64,000 bases of DNA from Candidatus Latescibacterota bacterium (GTDB taxonomy: Bacteria > Latescibacterota > UBA2968 > UBA8231), in assembly GCA_964291625.2 (NCBI GenBank), contig OZ220089.1, forward strand, positions 4,352,001 to 4,416,000, in the 5' to 3' direction. Made by a program: the position numbers and the translations under genes. This document shows positions 16,469-26,452 of this stretch, piece after piece (the first letter of the stretch is position 1; every line of letters begins with the position of its first letter). The notes beneath the pieces are model-generated. The model saw nothing but the letters and a program-made list of their open reading frames with translations. It was not told the DNA's origin and searched no databases.

Positions 16469-17635
16469 ATGAAGACCTATCGCGTAGCGATTCTCGGGTG
16501 CCGGGGCCGCGGCGGAGCCGCGGGACGCGCCTACTTCCAGCATCCACGGACCGAGGTCGTGGCCCTCTGCGACCTGGTGCCGGAGCGACTCGAGGAGCTC
16601 GGCGGGGAGTTGGGCGTGTCGGCGCGCTACGACGACTACCACCGCATGATCGAGCAGGAGGCCCCGGACATCGTCGCCATTCCCACGGGCACCGAGTTCC
16701 ACTACGCCCTGTCCATGGGCGTTCTCGAGCACGGGGTCTCCATCGACGTGGAGAAGCCCATGTGCCAGGCCCTGGACGAGGCCGATCGGGTCATCGACAG
16801 GGCCGCCGGGAAGGGGGTGCGCATCGCCGTCCACCACCAGGGGCGCACGGGAGGGGCCATGCGGGCCGTGAAGAAGGCCGTCGACGAGGGCGCCATCGGC
16901 TCCCTCCGGTTCCTCCTCGGCAGCTGCAAAGGGTACTACGCCGGCTACGGCTTGATGAACATCGGCACCCACATGCTCAACAACATGATCGGCCTTGCCG
17001 GCCACTGCCGGGCGGTGCAGGCCACGGCCCTCACCGCCGGCCGGCCGGTCACCCCCGAGGATGTGGTCCCCGCGGCCTCGGGCATGGGCATCGTCGCCGG
17101 CGAGCACGTCACCGCCAACCTGCGCTTCGATCCCTGCGAGGGCCACGGCCTCACCGGCGTCCTCGTGCAGCACCGCTTTCCCGTGGTCGATTCCACCGGG
17201 TACTGCCTGGAGGTGTACGGCTCGGAGGGCCGGCTGTTCTGGACGATGCGCAATGCCTGGCTGCTGCCGACGCCCCACGACGTGCCCGGCTCCGGGGTCG
17301 AGTGGCAGCGCCTGGAGAGCATCGTCCCCGATCACTACGACCCGGAGGGCCCGTCCACCGAGGCCGACTACAACTACGCCGACGAGTACGTGCGCGCCCT
17401 CGACGAGGGCCGCGAGCACGAGTGCAGCGGCATCGAGGGCCGTCACGTGATGGAGATCCTCATGGGGATCTTCGAGTCCGGCGCCCATCGCCGGGAAGTC
17501 GAGCTGCCCCAGGCCGACCGGGGCCACCCCCTGGAGGCCTGGCGGGAGGCGGCCGGCCTCGACGAGCCGGCGGAGATGCCGCGCCCCTACGGGGAGTGGC
17601 TGCAGGTCGAGGACCGCCGTCTCGGCCGAGCCTGA
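16469..17635 (+). CDS. Gfo/Idh/MocA family oxidoreductase
   Basis: AILGCRGRG, ALCD, VEKPM, IGTHM. Confidence 0.9.
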   Translation: MKTYRVAILGCRGRGGAAGRAYFQHPRTEVVALCDLVPERLEELGGELGVSARYDDYHRMIEQEAPDIVAIPTGTEFHYALSMGVLEHGVSIDVEKPMCQALDEADRVIDRAAGKGVRIAVHHQGRTGGAMRAVKKAVDEGAIGSLRFLLGSCKGYYAGYGLMNIGTHMLNNMIGLAGHCRAVQATALTAGRPVTPEDVVPAASGMGIVAGEHVTANLRFDPCEGHGLTGVLVQHRFPVVDSTGYCLEVYGSEGRLFWTMRNAWLLPTPHDVPGSGVEWQRLESIVPDHYDPEGPSTEADYNYADEYVRALDEGREHECSGIEGRHVMEILMGIFESGAHRREVELPQADRGHPLEAWREAAGLDEPAEMPRPYGEWLQVEDRRLGRA

Positions 17636-17673
17636 CCGGCGCCCGAAGTCCTCCCATCAGCCTGCAGCATCGA

Positions 17674-17707
17674 CGACCTCCCCCGGGCGTACCACCGGGG
17701 GAGGTCG
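17674..17707. terminator. GC-rich hairpin after the oxidoreductase gene
   Basis: 13-bp inverted repeat CGACCTCCCCCGG/CCGGGGGAGGTCG, with no U-tract. Confidence 0.4.
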
Positions 17708-17825
17708 CCGCTCCATGCGGTTGCGCGAACACCGCGTATATGGATGTTCTCTTGAATCTCCTTTCCGCTGGACAGGGAGGCGGGGAGGAGGGACAGACCG
17801 GTTTCTTGCACCCACGAGGAGCCCC

Positions 17826-18668
17826 ATGGTCATCCACACCGACGACGACGCCGAGGTTCTGCGCCGCTACTTCCACGACATCGAGGACTCCCGGCCATTG
17901 CCTCGGGAGCGCGAGGTCGAGTTGGCCGAGCGCATCACCCGGGGGGACATGGAGGCCCGGGACGAGTTGGTGCGGGCCAACCTGCGCTTTGTCGTCGACG
18001 TGGCCCGCCAGTACCAGAACCGCGGGCTCACCATGGCCGAGCTGGTCAGCGCCGGCAACATGGGCCTCATGAAGGCGGCCGACCGCTTCGACGGAGAGCG
18101 GGGGTTCAAGTTCATCTCCTACGCCGTCTGGTGGATCCGCCAGTCGATCATGCAGACCCTGACGGATCAGACGCGCACGGTGCGGGTGCCGGTGACGCGA
18201 CAGAACATGATGCGCGACATCACCCGGGCGACCCAGCATCTCGGGGGCGACCAGCGCGACGTCACCGTGGGCGAGATCGCGGAGAGGCTGGGCGTGGCCG
18301 AGGCCGAGGTCCTGGAGACGATGATGAAGGGGCGGCCCGAGACCTCCCTCGACCGCACCTTCGAGGAGGGCGACGACCGCAACCTGCTGAGCACGATCCC
18401 CGACGAGTCCGTCGACCTGGCCGACGACGCCGTCTCCGAGCGCGACTGCAGGGCCCGGATCGAGGGCGTGCTGTCCACCCTCGAGGACCGTGAGCGCTAC
18501 ATCGTCCGCTGCTACTACGGTCTCGACGGGGAGGAGCCCCTGACCCTGGAGCAGATCGGCGGGTCCATGGGTCTGACGCGGGAGCGCGTGCGCCAGTTGA
18601 AGGAGCGCGCCCTTGGCCGGATGCGCGATCCCGAGCGCTACCACCTCCAGGAGCAGGCCGCCGGCTGA
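17826..18668 (+). CDS. RpoD/SigA-family sigma factor lacking region 1.1
   Basis: LVRANLRFVV.VA..YQNRG, GFKFISYAVWWIRQSI, TLEQIG...LTRERVRQ; GAGGAG RBS before the ATG. Confidence 0.93.
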   Translation: MVIHTDDDAEVLRRYFHDIEDSRPLPREREVELAERITRGDMEARDELVRANLRFVVDVARQYQNRGLTMAELVSAGNMGLMKAADRFDGERGFKFISYAVWWIRQSIMQTLTDQTRTVRVPVTRQNMMRDITRATQHLGGDQRDVTVGEIAERLGVAEAEVLETMMKGRPETSLDRTFEEGDDRNLLSTIPDESVDLADDAVSERDCRARIEGVLSTLEDRERYIVRCYYGLDGEEPLTLEQIGGSMGLTRERVRQLKERALGRMRDPERYHLQEQAAG

Positions 18669-18709
18669 GGCCCTGGACCGTGGCGGTCGGGGTCTCTGTT
18701 CTGCGGGGG

Positions 18710-19567
18710 TTACTCTGCCGCCAGGCGGCGCAGAGTCTCGAGGTTCATCACGTCCTCGGCCAGGTCCGGGCCCTTCGGCGTCTCCAGGATCATGGGCACC
18801 CCGCGCAGACGCGGGTCGGCGAGGACGTTGCGGAACCCCCGGAGACCGATGCACCCGGCGCCGATGTGCTCGTGGCGGTCCCGCCGCGAGCCCAGGGGCG
18901 CCTTGCTGTCGTTCACGTGCAGGACCTTGAGCCTCTCCAGGCCGACGGTCTCGGCGAATCGACTCATCATGCCGGCGTAGCCGTCGGCGCCGGTCAGGTC
19001 GTACCCCGCGGCGAAGACGTGGCACGTGTCCAGGCAGACGCCCATCATCGCCCGGTTGTCCACCCCGTCGATGATCGCGGCCAGCTCCTCGAAGCGGGCC
19101 CCCAGGTGGGTGCCGGTCCCCGCGGTCGTCTCCAGGCAGAGGACGACCTCGCTGCCGGGCAGCTCGTCGAAGAGGCGGTTGCAGGCGGCCGCGATCCGCG
19201 CCACTCCCGCGTCGGCGCCCGAGCCCAGGTGGGCCCCGGGATGGAAGACGAGGTTGGGAATGCCCAGGACGTGGCAGCGCTCCACCTCCTCCCGGAAGGA
19301 CTGCCAGGACTTCTCCCTGAGCTCCCCGTCCGGCGTCGCCAGGTTGATCAGATAGCTGTTGTGGGAGCAGGCCACGATGATGCCCGCCTCCGTCATCGCC
19401 TCGAACCAGAGCTCCAGCTCCCCGGCCATGAGGTCGCGCGCCGCCCACTGGTGGTTCGCCTTGTTGAAGACCTGGATGGCGTCGCAGGTGGCCTCCTGGG
19501 CCCGGTCGAAGGCCCGGTGCAGGCCGCCGGCGATCGACACGTGGGCGCCGAGGAGGTGGCCGGACAC
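18710..19567 (-). CDS. nfo: endonuclease IV
   Basis: LGAHVSIAGG, YLINLA, FHPG, LETTAG, CLDTCH, HVNDSK...DRHEHIG, ILETP. Confidence 0.95.
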   Translation of the reverse strand: MSGHLLGAHVSIAGGLHRAFDRAQEATCDAIQVFNKANHQWAARDLMAGELELWFEAMTEAGIIVACSHNSYLINLATPDGELREKSWQSFREEVERCHVLGIPNLVFHPGAHLGSGADAGVARIAAACNRLFDELPGSEVVLCLETTAGTGTHLGARFEELAAIIDGVDNRAMMGVCLDTCHVFAAGYDLTGADGYAGMMSRFAETVGLERLKVLHVNDSKAPLGSRRDRHEHIGAGCIGLRGFRNVLADPRLRGVPMILETPKGPDLAEDVMNLETLRRLAAE

Positions 19568-19569
19568 GC

Positions 19570-20799
19570 TCAGGAACCCGCCGCCGGGGGCAGGACCAGC
19601 TCTTCCTGGTCGCGGACCCCGTACGTCGGCGGCAGCTCCCGGTAGTCGGTGCCGGAGCGAGCGTTCCAGTCCCAGACGATCCCTCCGTCCTTGAGGGTCA
19701 GCTCGCAGAGCAGCCGCCGGTCCCCCTCGAGCCGCCCGTCGAAGGAGTCCATGTAACCGAAGCGGCCCTCCTCCAGCCGCAGGACGGCCACGTCGGCGGC
19801 GGCGCCCACGGACAGGGTTCCGTGCTCGGGACGGTTGATCACCCGGGCGGGCTCCACCGTCGACAGCCGAACCACGTCGGCCAGAGGCATGCCCATGACG
19901 AGGAACTTCGACATCGTCGTCGGCATGTCGAGCATGCCCAGGTTCATGCTGCTGTGGTGCAGATCGGTGGAGATCGAGTCCGGCCAGAAGCCCTGCTCCA
20001 CGCACGGCACGGCGTTGCGGAAGCAGAAGCTGCCGGCCCCGTGGCCGACGTCGAAGAGCACGCCCCGCTCGCGGGCGGCGGGCAGGTAGGGCAGCACCCG
20101 GCCCTCGGCGTCGACGCAGGGCACGGGACCGCGGTAGACGTGTGTGGAGATGTCCCCGGGCCTGAGCTTGTGCCCCACGAGCTCGTAGTACGGGCGCTCC
20201 CGTTTGAAGAACCCGAAGTCGACCATGACCGGCATGTCCGCCTGCTCGCCGGCCTGCAGGACCCGGTCCACCTGGGTCCAGTCGGGGGGGATGTAGTGGG
20301 CGCACTTCAGGCCGACGACCACGTCCTCGTGCTCGCGGGCGACGCCGGCGCAGGCCTCCGGGTCCATGTCCCAGACGTTCTGCTCCGCCGACATCATGGT
20401 CATGCCCAGGCCGACGATGTTCACCAGGGCATAGGTGCGGGTCTGGAAGCGGTCGAGGACCCGGTTGCGGAAGTCGGGTAGATTGCGGTACCCGGCCGAG
20501 CCGGTGTCGACCATGGTCGTCGTGCCGGAGCGGAAGCTGAAGCCGTCGGGCAGGACGCTCTTGTCGCCGGCCCATCCCTGGGGGTTGCCGGGGGTGGCGT
20601 AGAGGTGGACGTGAATGTCCACCAGGCCGGGGGTGACGTAGAGGCGGCTCACGTCGATGACACGGGCCGCCTGATCGGGAGGGATGCGGGTGTCCACGGC
20701 GGCGATGCGGCCACCGGCGACGGCCACGTCACGGCCCTCGTCGATGCCGTTGGCCGGGTCGATGACGTGCCCGCCCCTCAACAACAGGTCGAAGCGCAT
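19570..20799 (-). CDS. dihydroorotase-like amidohydrolase/deacetylase
   Basis: GG.VIDPAN, PGLVDIHVH, DVGHGAGSF, SISTDLH, G..ADVAVL. Confidence 0.88.
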   Translation of the reverse strand: MRFDLLLRGGHVIDPANGIDEGRDVAVAGGRIAAVDTRIPPDQAARVIDVSRLYVTPGLVDIHVHLYATPGNPQGWAGDKSVLPDGFSFRSGTTTMVDTGSAGYRNLPDFRNRVLDRFQTRTYALVNIVGLGMTMMSAEQNVWDMDPEACAGVAREHEDVVVGLKCAHYIPPDWTQVDRVLQAGEQADMPVMVDFGFFKRERPYYELVGHKLRPGDISTHVYRGPVPCVDAEGRVLPYLPAARERGVLFDVGHGAGSFCFRNAVPCVEQGFWPDSISTDLHHSSMNLGMLDMPTTMSKFLVMGMPLADVVRLSTVEPARVINRPEHGTLSVGAAADVAVLRLEEGRFGYMDSFDGRLEGDRRLLCELTLKDGGIVWDWNARSGTDYRELPPTYGVRDQEELVLPPAAGS

Positions 20800-20865
20800 G
20801 AGGTCTCCTGAGACGGATCGGGGTTGAGCCGTTAAGATAGCAGGATCGCCCGGGTCCGCTGATCG

Positions 20866-22050
20866 ATGAGCCATCCCTCCAGACGCGTCCTCCTGTCCCT
20901 CCTCGCCTCGGCTTTGATACACCTGGTGGTGGTCGGCCTGCTGGAGTGGCTGGTGCCCCCGAGGATCGAGCGCGAGAGCTGGCGGCCCACCGTCCGGCGC
21001 TACCGCCCCCTGCCCGTGCGGCGCCACGAGACGCGGGCGCCGGTCCCCGTGTCGCGGGAGATGGTCCGGCGCGTGCTGGGAACCGAGCCGTCCCTGGCGG
21101 CCGTGCCTCCTGCCGGCGACGCCGCACCCCTCCCCCTGCCGGAGAGGCCGCCCCCGGCGGCGGAGCGGGTCCAGCCTCTCGACGTCAGGCAACCACGGGA
21201 GCGCGAGGCGGACACGGTGCCCGACAGCGTGATGTGGAAGGACCAGGTGACGGACCTGCCGGTCCCCGACCCGGTCGAGCTGGACGCGGAGCGCCGGCGC
21301 CGCAACGTGGCCATCATCGACCCGGCCACGGGAAAGCTCGAGCGGGCCTGGCTGCACCTGCCCGTCTACGGGGCCGGGGGGCCTGCAGATCCCCGGGCGG
21401 GGGCCTTGGCCGACGCGCCGGCATTCCTCGAGCGCGGAGCCATGCTGCCAGGCCCGGTACCCCTCCAGATCGAGATCAAGTGGTTCCGCCTGGGCAGACC
21501 GGCCCGGATCATCGAGGGGATCACGAAGAAGGTCGAACCCATCCACTCCTTTCCGAGCTATCCGGAGCGGCACATCCTTCACCGAAGCGAGATGCGGGAG
21601 TTCTCGGTCCTCCATCTCGGGCACGTCGACGTCGAGTCCCTCGAGGCGATGGTGGAGTACCTGGCGCAGGGAGGACTTGGCATCATGGATTCGAGGCAGC
21701 TGGCCCTGTGCGAGACCGGGCTGAAGCGCCTCTACGGCAGTCGCGTGGAACGGCGGCTCCTCGAGCTGGGTCATCCCCTGTTCCACTCCTTCTACGACAT
21801 CACCCGCTACGGTCTCAGCAACGCTCTCTGCACGGGCTTCGGACCGGTCACCGCCCTGGTCCTCGACGGGCGCGTCGCGGCCACGACACCGTCCTCCCCG
21901 CTTCAACGCCCGGATGACCTGTCCGTCGAACCGCATGTTCGTCAACCACCTGGCCTTCGCCCTCATCCAGCCGAGCCGCCATGGGGGGGCGGTACGAGGC
22001 CCGGCGTTGATCGGCACCGCCGGGAAGACTTGAATCTCCCGCTCCACTGA
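20866..22050 (+). CDS. membrane-anchored hypothetical protein with DUF4159-like C-terminal domain, possible frameshift near 21895
   Basis: N-terminal TM (SALIHLVVVGLL); EYLAQGG...HPLFHSFYDI...LDGRV. A plausible terminal helix continues in the +1 frame. Confidence 0.55.
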   Translation: MSHPSRRVLLSLLASALIHLVVVGLLEWLVPPRIERESWRPTVRRYRPLPVRRHETRAPVPVSREMVRRVLGTEPSLAAVPPAGDAAPLPLPERPPPAAERVQPLDVRQPREREADTVPDSVMWKDQVTDLPVPDPVELDAERRRRNVAIIDPATGKLERAWLHLPVYGAGGPADPRAGALADAPAFLERGAMLPGPVPLQIEIKWFRLGRPARIIEGITKKVEPIHSFPSYPERHILHRSEMREFSVLHLGHVDVESLEAMVEYLAQGGLGIMDSRQLALCETGLKRLYGSRVERRLLELGHPLFHSFYDITRYGLSNALCTGFGPVTALVLDGRVAATTPSSPLQRPDDLSVEPHVRQPPGLRPHPAEPPWGGGTRPGVDRHRREDLNLPLH

Positions 22051-22075
22051 CCGCAGGCCATCCGAGGAGGCACGA

Positions 22076-22837
22076 GTGAGCGACATGATACGAGAGGGAC
22101 GGCGGGTGCTGGTCTTCAGCGCCCACGCCGCCGACTTCTGCTCCCGGGCGGGGGGCACCATCGCGCGGCTGACCGACAAGGGCAGCGAGGTCCGCGTCTA
22201 CGACCTCAGCTACGGCGAGAAGTGCGAGTCCCCTGCCCTGTGGGCGCGGCAGCCGGCGCCGACCATGGAGGAGGTGAAAGCCGAGCGCGGGCGCGAGATG
22301 AGCGCGGCGGCGCAGGTCCTCGGCGCCGAGATCGAGTGCCTCGACTGGGGCGACAGCCCCCTCATCGTCGACGAGGACCGCCGGCAGCAGTTGCTGACCC
22401 TGTTCCGTCGCTTCCGGCCCGACCTGGTGCTGAGCCACTGGATCGACGACGTCCTGCACCCCGATCACATGGAGACCACCCGCGCCGTGGTCTGGGCCAG
22501 CCGCTACTGCTCCCGGCCCGGTCTCGAGCTCGACGAGCCGCCGACGCCGGCCCCCCAGGTGGCGTTCTACGAGACCACCCTGGGCACGGCCCCGGTGGCC
22601 CGCTTCCTGCCCAACCTGTTCGTCGACATCGGCCCGGTGCAGGCCCGCAAGCGGGAGGCCCTGGAGCACCTGAAGGCCCAGCCGGACCTGCCCGACCGCT
22701 ACGAAACCCTCGCCCGCTACCGCGCCTTGGAGGCCCAGTCCACGGCCTGGATGAAGGGCTGCGAGTTCGCCGAGGCCTTCGTGCGCCTGGGCACGGAGGC
22801 GGCCGGCTTCGAGGGCCCGAGCGGCTTCGGCCCCTAG
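22076..22837 (+). CDS. PIG-L family deacetylase-like protein, GalB (4-oxalomesaconate hydratase)-like
   Basis: SAHAADF..RAGG.IA, LSYGE..ES..LW, HPDH. Confidence 0.8.
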   Translation: MSDMIREGRRVLVFSAHAADFCSRAGGTIARLTDKGSEVRVYDLSYGEKCESPALWARQPAPTMEEVKAERGREMSAAAQVLGAEIECLDWGDSPLIVDEDRRQQLLTLFRRFRPDLVLSHWIDDVLHPDHMETTRAVVWASRYCSRPGLELDEPPTPAPQVAFYETTLGTAPVARFLPNLFVDIGPVQARKREALEHLKAQPDLPDRYETLARYRALEAQSTAWMKGCEFAEAFVRLGTEAAGFEGPSGFGP

Positions 22838-23781
22838 TCCGTCCGGGGGGGCCGCCGGAAGAGGAACAGCAGGGGGCGCGTGTCCCCGGGGTCGGTCTGC
22901 CGGCCGCGGCCGTTGTTGTCGAGCACGACGTACACGTGCTCGGCGTCCATGCACAGACCCTCGGCGCGGCCGGAGCGCTGGTTCAGGTAGCGGTACTCCG
23001 GTGCGCCGGTGACCTCGCCGAAGCTCCAGAAGGCCAGCTCCCGCAGCTCGCCCGCCTCGTACTCGATGCGCAGCACCGCCTCGGCGTTGCGGCTGAGGGC
23101 GTAGAGATGCTCCCCGTCGTGGAACAGGTCGGAGAAGTCGGGCTCAAGCGGCTCCGGCAGTTCCAGCAGGGACTCGCCGAAGGCGTGGGCGGAGACGGCC
23201 GCCTCGCCGTCGCCGGGATCGACGACGACCTCCACCAGGCCCCGGGGGGCGCGCTCGGCGGCCAGCAGGAGGCGGCCGCCCCCGAGCAGGGCCAGGCCCT
23301 CGAGGCGGGCCTTCTTGTCGCCGAAGAGTCCGGCCTTCAGGCCCTCCGCCTCGACGCCGGGGGTGACCCAGGCGAGGTCGGTGCCGGTCTCGTGGACGCG
23401 CAGCACCCGCAGGATCGCCTCGCTCACCAGGAAGAAGAAGCCGTCCTTGTAGGCGATGCCCTCGAAGTCGAGGGAGAGGACCCAGGCTCCCGACCAGGGG
23501 GGGTTGAAGGTGACGTGAGGCTCGAGGACGGCGCGGTCGGGGCCCAGGCGGATGCGGCAGACGGCGTGGTCGTGCTGGTCGGAGACGGCGTAGAGCCGGC
23601 CGTCGACAATGGTCAGCCCCGAGGGATGGGCGTTGTCCAGGCCTTCCACCGGCAGGGCGCGGACCAGCTGCAGGGGGATCGTCTCGGCGGACCACGCCGC
23701 CTGGGCCGCCAGGGCCGCGGCGCATACCAGGGCGAGCAACTGGCGGCGGGTCGACGAGCCTCGGAGTCCGGAGAGAGCCAT
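22834..23781 (-). CDS. secreted beta-propeller protein (SdiA-regulated/phytase-like)
   Basis: Signal peptide; PSGL, VSD, DFEGI, EGLA, AEGL...DNNG. Confidence 0.7.
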   Translation of the reverse strand: MALSGLRGSSTRRQLLALVCAAALAAQAAWSAETIPLQLVRALPVEGLDNAHPSGLTIVDGRLYAVSDQHDHAVCRIRLGPDRAVLEPHVTFNPPWSGAWVLSLDFEGIAYKDGFFFLVSEAILRVLRVHETGTDLAWVTPGVEAEGLKAGLFGDKKARLEGLALLGGGRLLLAAERAPRGLVEVVVDPGDGEAAVSAHAFGESLLELPEPLEPDFSDLFHDGEHLYALSRNAEAVLRIEYEAGELRELAFWSFGEVTGAPEYRYLNQRSGRAEGLCMDAEHVYVVLDNNGRGRQTDPGDTRPLLFLFRRPPRTD

Positions 23782-23933
23782 CGGCCTTTTCCATCCCGGG
23801 GGGGAATCCAGCGGTCTCGGACCTCCCGCCGGCGTCCCTCCCGGGCTCACAGAATACCGCCTCGGGATGGCGCGGGAAAGCATCTCCCTTTTCCGCCCGG
23901 AGGGGCGCGGTCGGGACTGTGCTGCGGCTCCGC

Positions 23934-24836
23934 TCAGGGGCTCGCTGCCAGCAGCTCCTCGACCTCCTCCCGGCTCGGGAGCCCGGCCTGTCCCCCGAGG
24001 GCGCGGCAGTTCAGGGCGCCCGCGGCGCAGGCGTAGCGCAGGCTCCGATCCAGCGGCCAGCCCTGGAGCACTCCGAAGATGAACCCCCCGTGGAAGGCGT
24101 CACCGGCTCCGGTGGTGTCGACCACCTCCACCGCGGGCGCCGGGCACTCGACCGGTCCGCGGGCGTCCTCGGCGGCGGCGCCGTGTTCGCCTCGGGTCAG
24201 GACCGCGGTTCTCGCCCCGAGGGCGCGCAGCCGCCGCAGCACCTGCCAGGGCCCGGCGCCGGGGAGCCAGCGGCGGGCGAAGAACTCGCTCACCACGGCG
24301 TAGTCGACCAGGGGCAGCAGCTCCTCCAGGCGGTCGCTCTGCCAGGTGCCGTCGAGGACGACGGCGGCTCCGCCTTCGCGGGCCCGGCGGGCGGCACCGA
24401 TGGCGGCGTCGTCGGCGTCGTCGAGGTGCAGGACCCGGGCGCCGGCGACGTCCTCCGGCCCGAGATCGGCAGCGGACAGGGGCGGAAAGGACTCCGGCCG
24501 GGAGACGAAGGCGCGCTCGCCCCCGTCCTCCTCGACGAGCACCAGGACGAGGCGGGACCGCCCCCGGGCCACGCGCACCCGGGAGACGTCGACGCCCTGC
24601 CGCAGAAGCTCCGACCGCGCGAACCCCCCCTCCTCGTCGTCACCCACCTTGCCGACGAAACGGGTCGAGATCCCGAGGCGCGACAGGCACGCCAAGGCGT
24701 TGGGCACGGGGCCGCCGCAGGCGCGCGCGTGGCCCGAGGCCCGGCGGGGCGCGCCGACGGCGGGCAGTCCCGGCACCCGGAAGAGGTGGTCCACGGTGAC
24801 CATGCCGAGACCGGCGACGTCGGCGGGGGAGGCCAC
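23934..24836 (-). CDS. PfkB family carbohydrate kinase
   Basis: GG...NA...L..LG...VGKVGDD and VDTTGAGDAFHGG. Confidence 0.92.
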   Translation of the reverse strand: MASPADVAGLGMVTVDHLFRVPGLPAVGAPRRASGHARACGGPVPNALACLSRLGISTRFVGKVGDDEEGGFARSELLRQGVDVSRVRVARGRSRLVLVLVEEDGGERAFVSRPESFPPLSAADLGPEDVAGARVLHLDDADDAAIGAARRAREGGAAVVLDGTWQSDRLEELLPLVDYAVVSEFFARRWLPGAGPWQVLRRLRALGARTAVLTRGEHGAAAEDARGPVECPAPAVEVVDTTGAGDAFHGGFIFGVLQGWPLDRSLRYACAAGALNCRALGGQAGLPSREEVEELLAASP

Positions 24837-24840
24837 GGAT

Positions 24841-25752
24841 TCAGCCCGCGCCGGCGGTCCCCAGCCGCGCCTCGAGCTCCTCGATCGTCTTCGGCCAGTC
24901 GTCCTTCAGCATGCGCGACAACTGACGGTCGGCGAGCACCCGCCCTCCGGTCTGGCACCGCGGGCAGTAGTTGGTCTCCTTCGAGGCGTAGGCGATCTCC
25001 TGAACGGCGGTGCCGCAGACGGGACAGGGCTTGCCGTAGCGGCCGTGGACGGCCATCTCGGGGCGGAAGGCGGTGACCTTCTCGGGGAAGGCCTGCTCGG
25101 CCTCGGCCCGGAGGCGGGCGCACCAGTCCTCCAGGGTCGAGCGCGCGGCCTCGTAGAGACGCTCGACCTCGTCGTCGCCGAGGCGGGAGGTCCACTTCAC
25201 CGGCGACAGCCCGGCGGCGTGCAGGATCTCGTCGGAGTAGGCGTTGCCGATGCCGGAGAACAGCCGCGGGTCGGTGAGGGCCCGCTTGAGGGTGTGGTTG
25301 CGGCTTCGCAGGACGCGGGCGAACTCGTCGAGGTCGGCCTCCAGCACCTCCAGGCCGCCCGGGTCGTGGTCGGCCAGCCCGCCGGCGCCCCGGATCACGT
25401 GCAGCGAGGCCCGTTTCTTCGAGCCGGCCTCGGTGACCATCAGCGTTCCCGCGTCGAAGTGGAAGGCCGCCAGATCGACCCTCCGCGTCGGCCGGGTGCC
25501 GGCCTTCTTCCAGTGAAAGCGCCCGGCGATCATCAGGTGGAAGACGAGGAACAGATCGTCCTCCAGCTCCCAGACGATGCGCTTGCCGATGCGACGGAAG
25601 GCGGCCACTCGCTGGCCCTCGGCGGCGTCGAGCCGGGGCTCGACGGAGCGCACCAGGAAGGGGCTGCGCAACTGGATCCCCTCGATCACCCGGCCGCGGA
25701 TCCCGCGCTCGAGGGCGGTCAGGTAGGCGAGGACGTCGGGCAACTCGGGCAT
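24841..25752 (-). CDS. Fpg/Nei family DNA glycosylase
   Basis: MPELPDV, HLMIAG, H2TH motif [12 protein letters not shown], zinc finger CPVC...CPRCQ. Confidence 0.92.
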   Translation of the reverse strand: MPELPDVLAYLTALERGIRGRVIEGIQLRSPFLVRSVEPRLDAAEGQRVAAFRRIGKRIVWELEDDLFLVFHLMIAGRFHWKKAGTRPTRRVDLAAFHFDAGTLMVTEAGSKKRASLHVIRGAGGLADHDPGGLEVLEADLDEFARVLRSRNHTLKRALTDPRLFSGIGNAYSDEILHAAGLSPVKWTSRLGDDEVERLYEAARSTLEDWCARLRAEAEQAFPEKVTAFRPEMAVHGRYGKPCPVCGTAVQEIAYASKETNYCPRCQTGGRVLADRQLSRMLKDDWPKTIEELEARLGTAGAG

Positions 25753-25870
25753 GGCGTTCGGAATCCCCGGGGGCAAATGTGTATACTGAAAACCTCCGGC
25801 GCCACGAGCGGCGCCGAGGCGCGCCGCCCCCAGCTCCGGGAGCGGCTTTCCCGCAAGGGGGATACGGAGG

Positions 25871-26374
25871 ATGGACGCGGTGGCCGTGGTGCTCATGGGC
25901 GTCACCGGATGCGGCAAGACCACCGTGGGCCGCCTCCTCGAAGAGCGCCTCGGCTGGCCCTTCCTCGACGGCGACGACTTCCACCCCGAGGCCAACGTGG
26001 CCAGGATGGCCGCCGGCATCCCCCTGCGCGACGAGGACCGCTGGCCCTGGCTCCGCCGGCTGTCCGATGAGATCGGCGGGCGCCTGGACGCCGGCCGCAG
26101 CTGCCTCCTCGGCTGCTCGGCCCTCAAGGAGAGCTACCGGGCCGTCCTGCGCGGCGACTGCGCAGACCGGGTCCGCTTCGTCCATCTCTCGGCCCCGGAG
26201 GCGCTGATCGCCGATCGCCTGCGCGGCCGCGTGCACCGCTACATGCCCGCCGGCCTCCTGCGCAGCCAGTTCGAGGCCCTCGAGCCGCCCCTCGACGCGG
26301 CTCTCGTGGACGTCTCCGGCACCCCGGAAGAGGCGGCCTCCGCCGTGGTGGCGGCCCTCGGCCTCCCGGCCTGA
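25871..26374 (+). CDS. gntK: gluconokinase
   Basis: [42 protein letters not shown]. Confidence 0.92.
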   Translation: MDAVAVVLMGVTGCGKTTVGRLLEERLGWPFLDGDDFHPEANVARMAAGIPLRDEDRWPWLRRLSDEIGGRLDAGRSCLLGCSALKESYRAVLRGDCADRVRFVHLSAPEALIADRLRGRVHRYMPAGLLRSQFEALEPPLDAALVDVSGTPEEAASAVVAALGLPA

Positions 26375-26452
26375 GGCCGGGTTCCAGGTGCCGCGATCAC
26401 CGGACCCAACCGTGGCCGGCGTGCAAGCGGCCCCGGGCCTGTCCTGTCTCGA

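Noticed and set aside
15661-17646. Shared 13-mer GACCGGCGCCCGA just after two stop codons
   Set aside because: Only two short GC-rich copies, compatible with chance.
17826-18668. Short RpoD-like sigma factor as a novelty or a truncated gene
   Set aside because: Region-1.1-less RpoD/SigA paralogues are common in several phyla, and regions 1.2-4 are intact.
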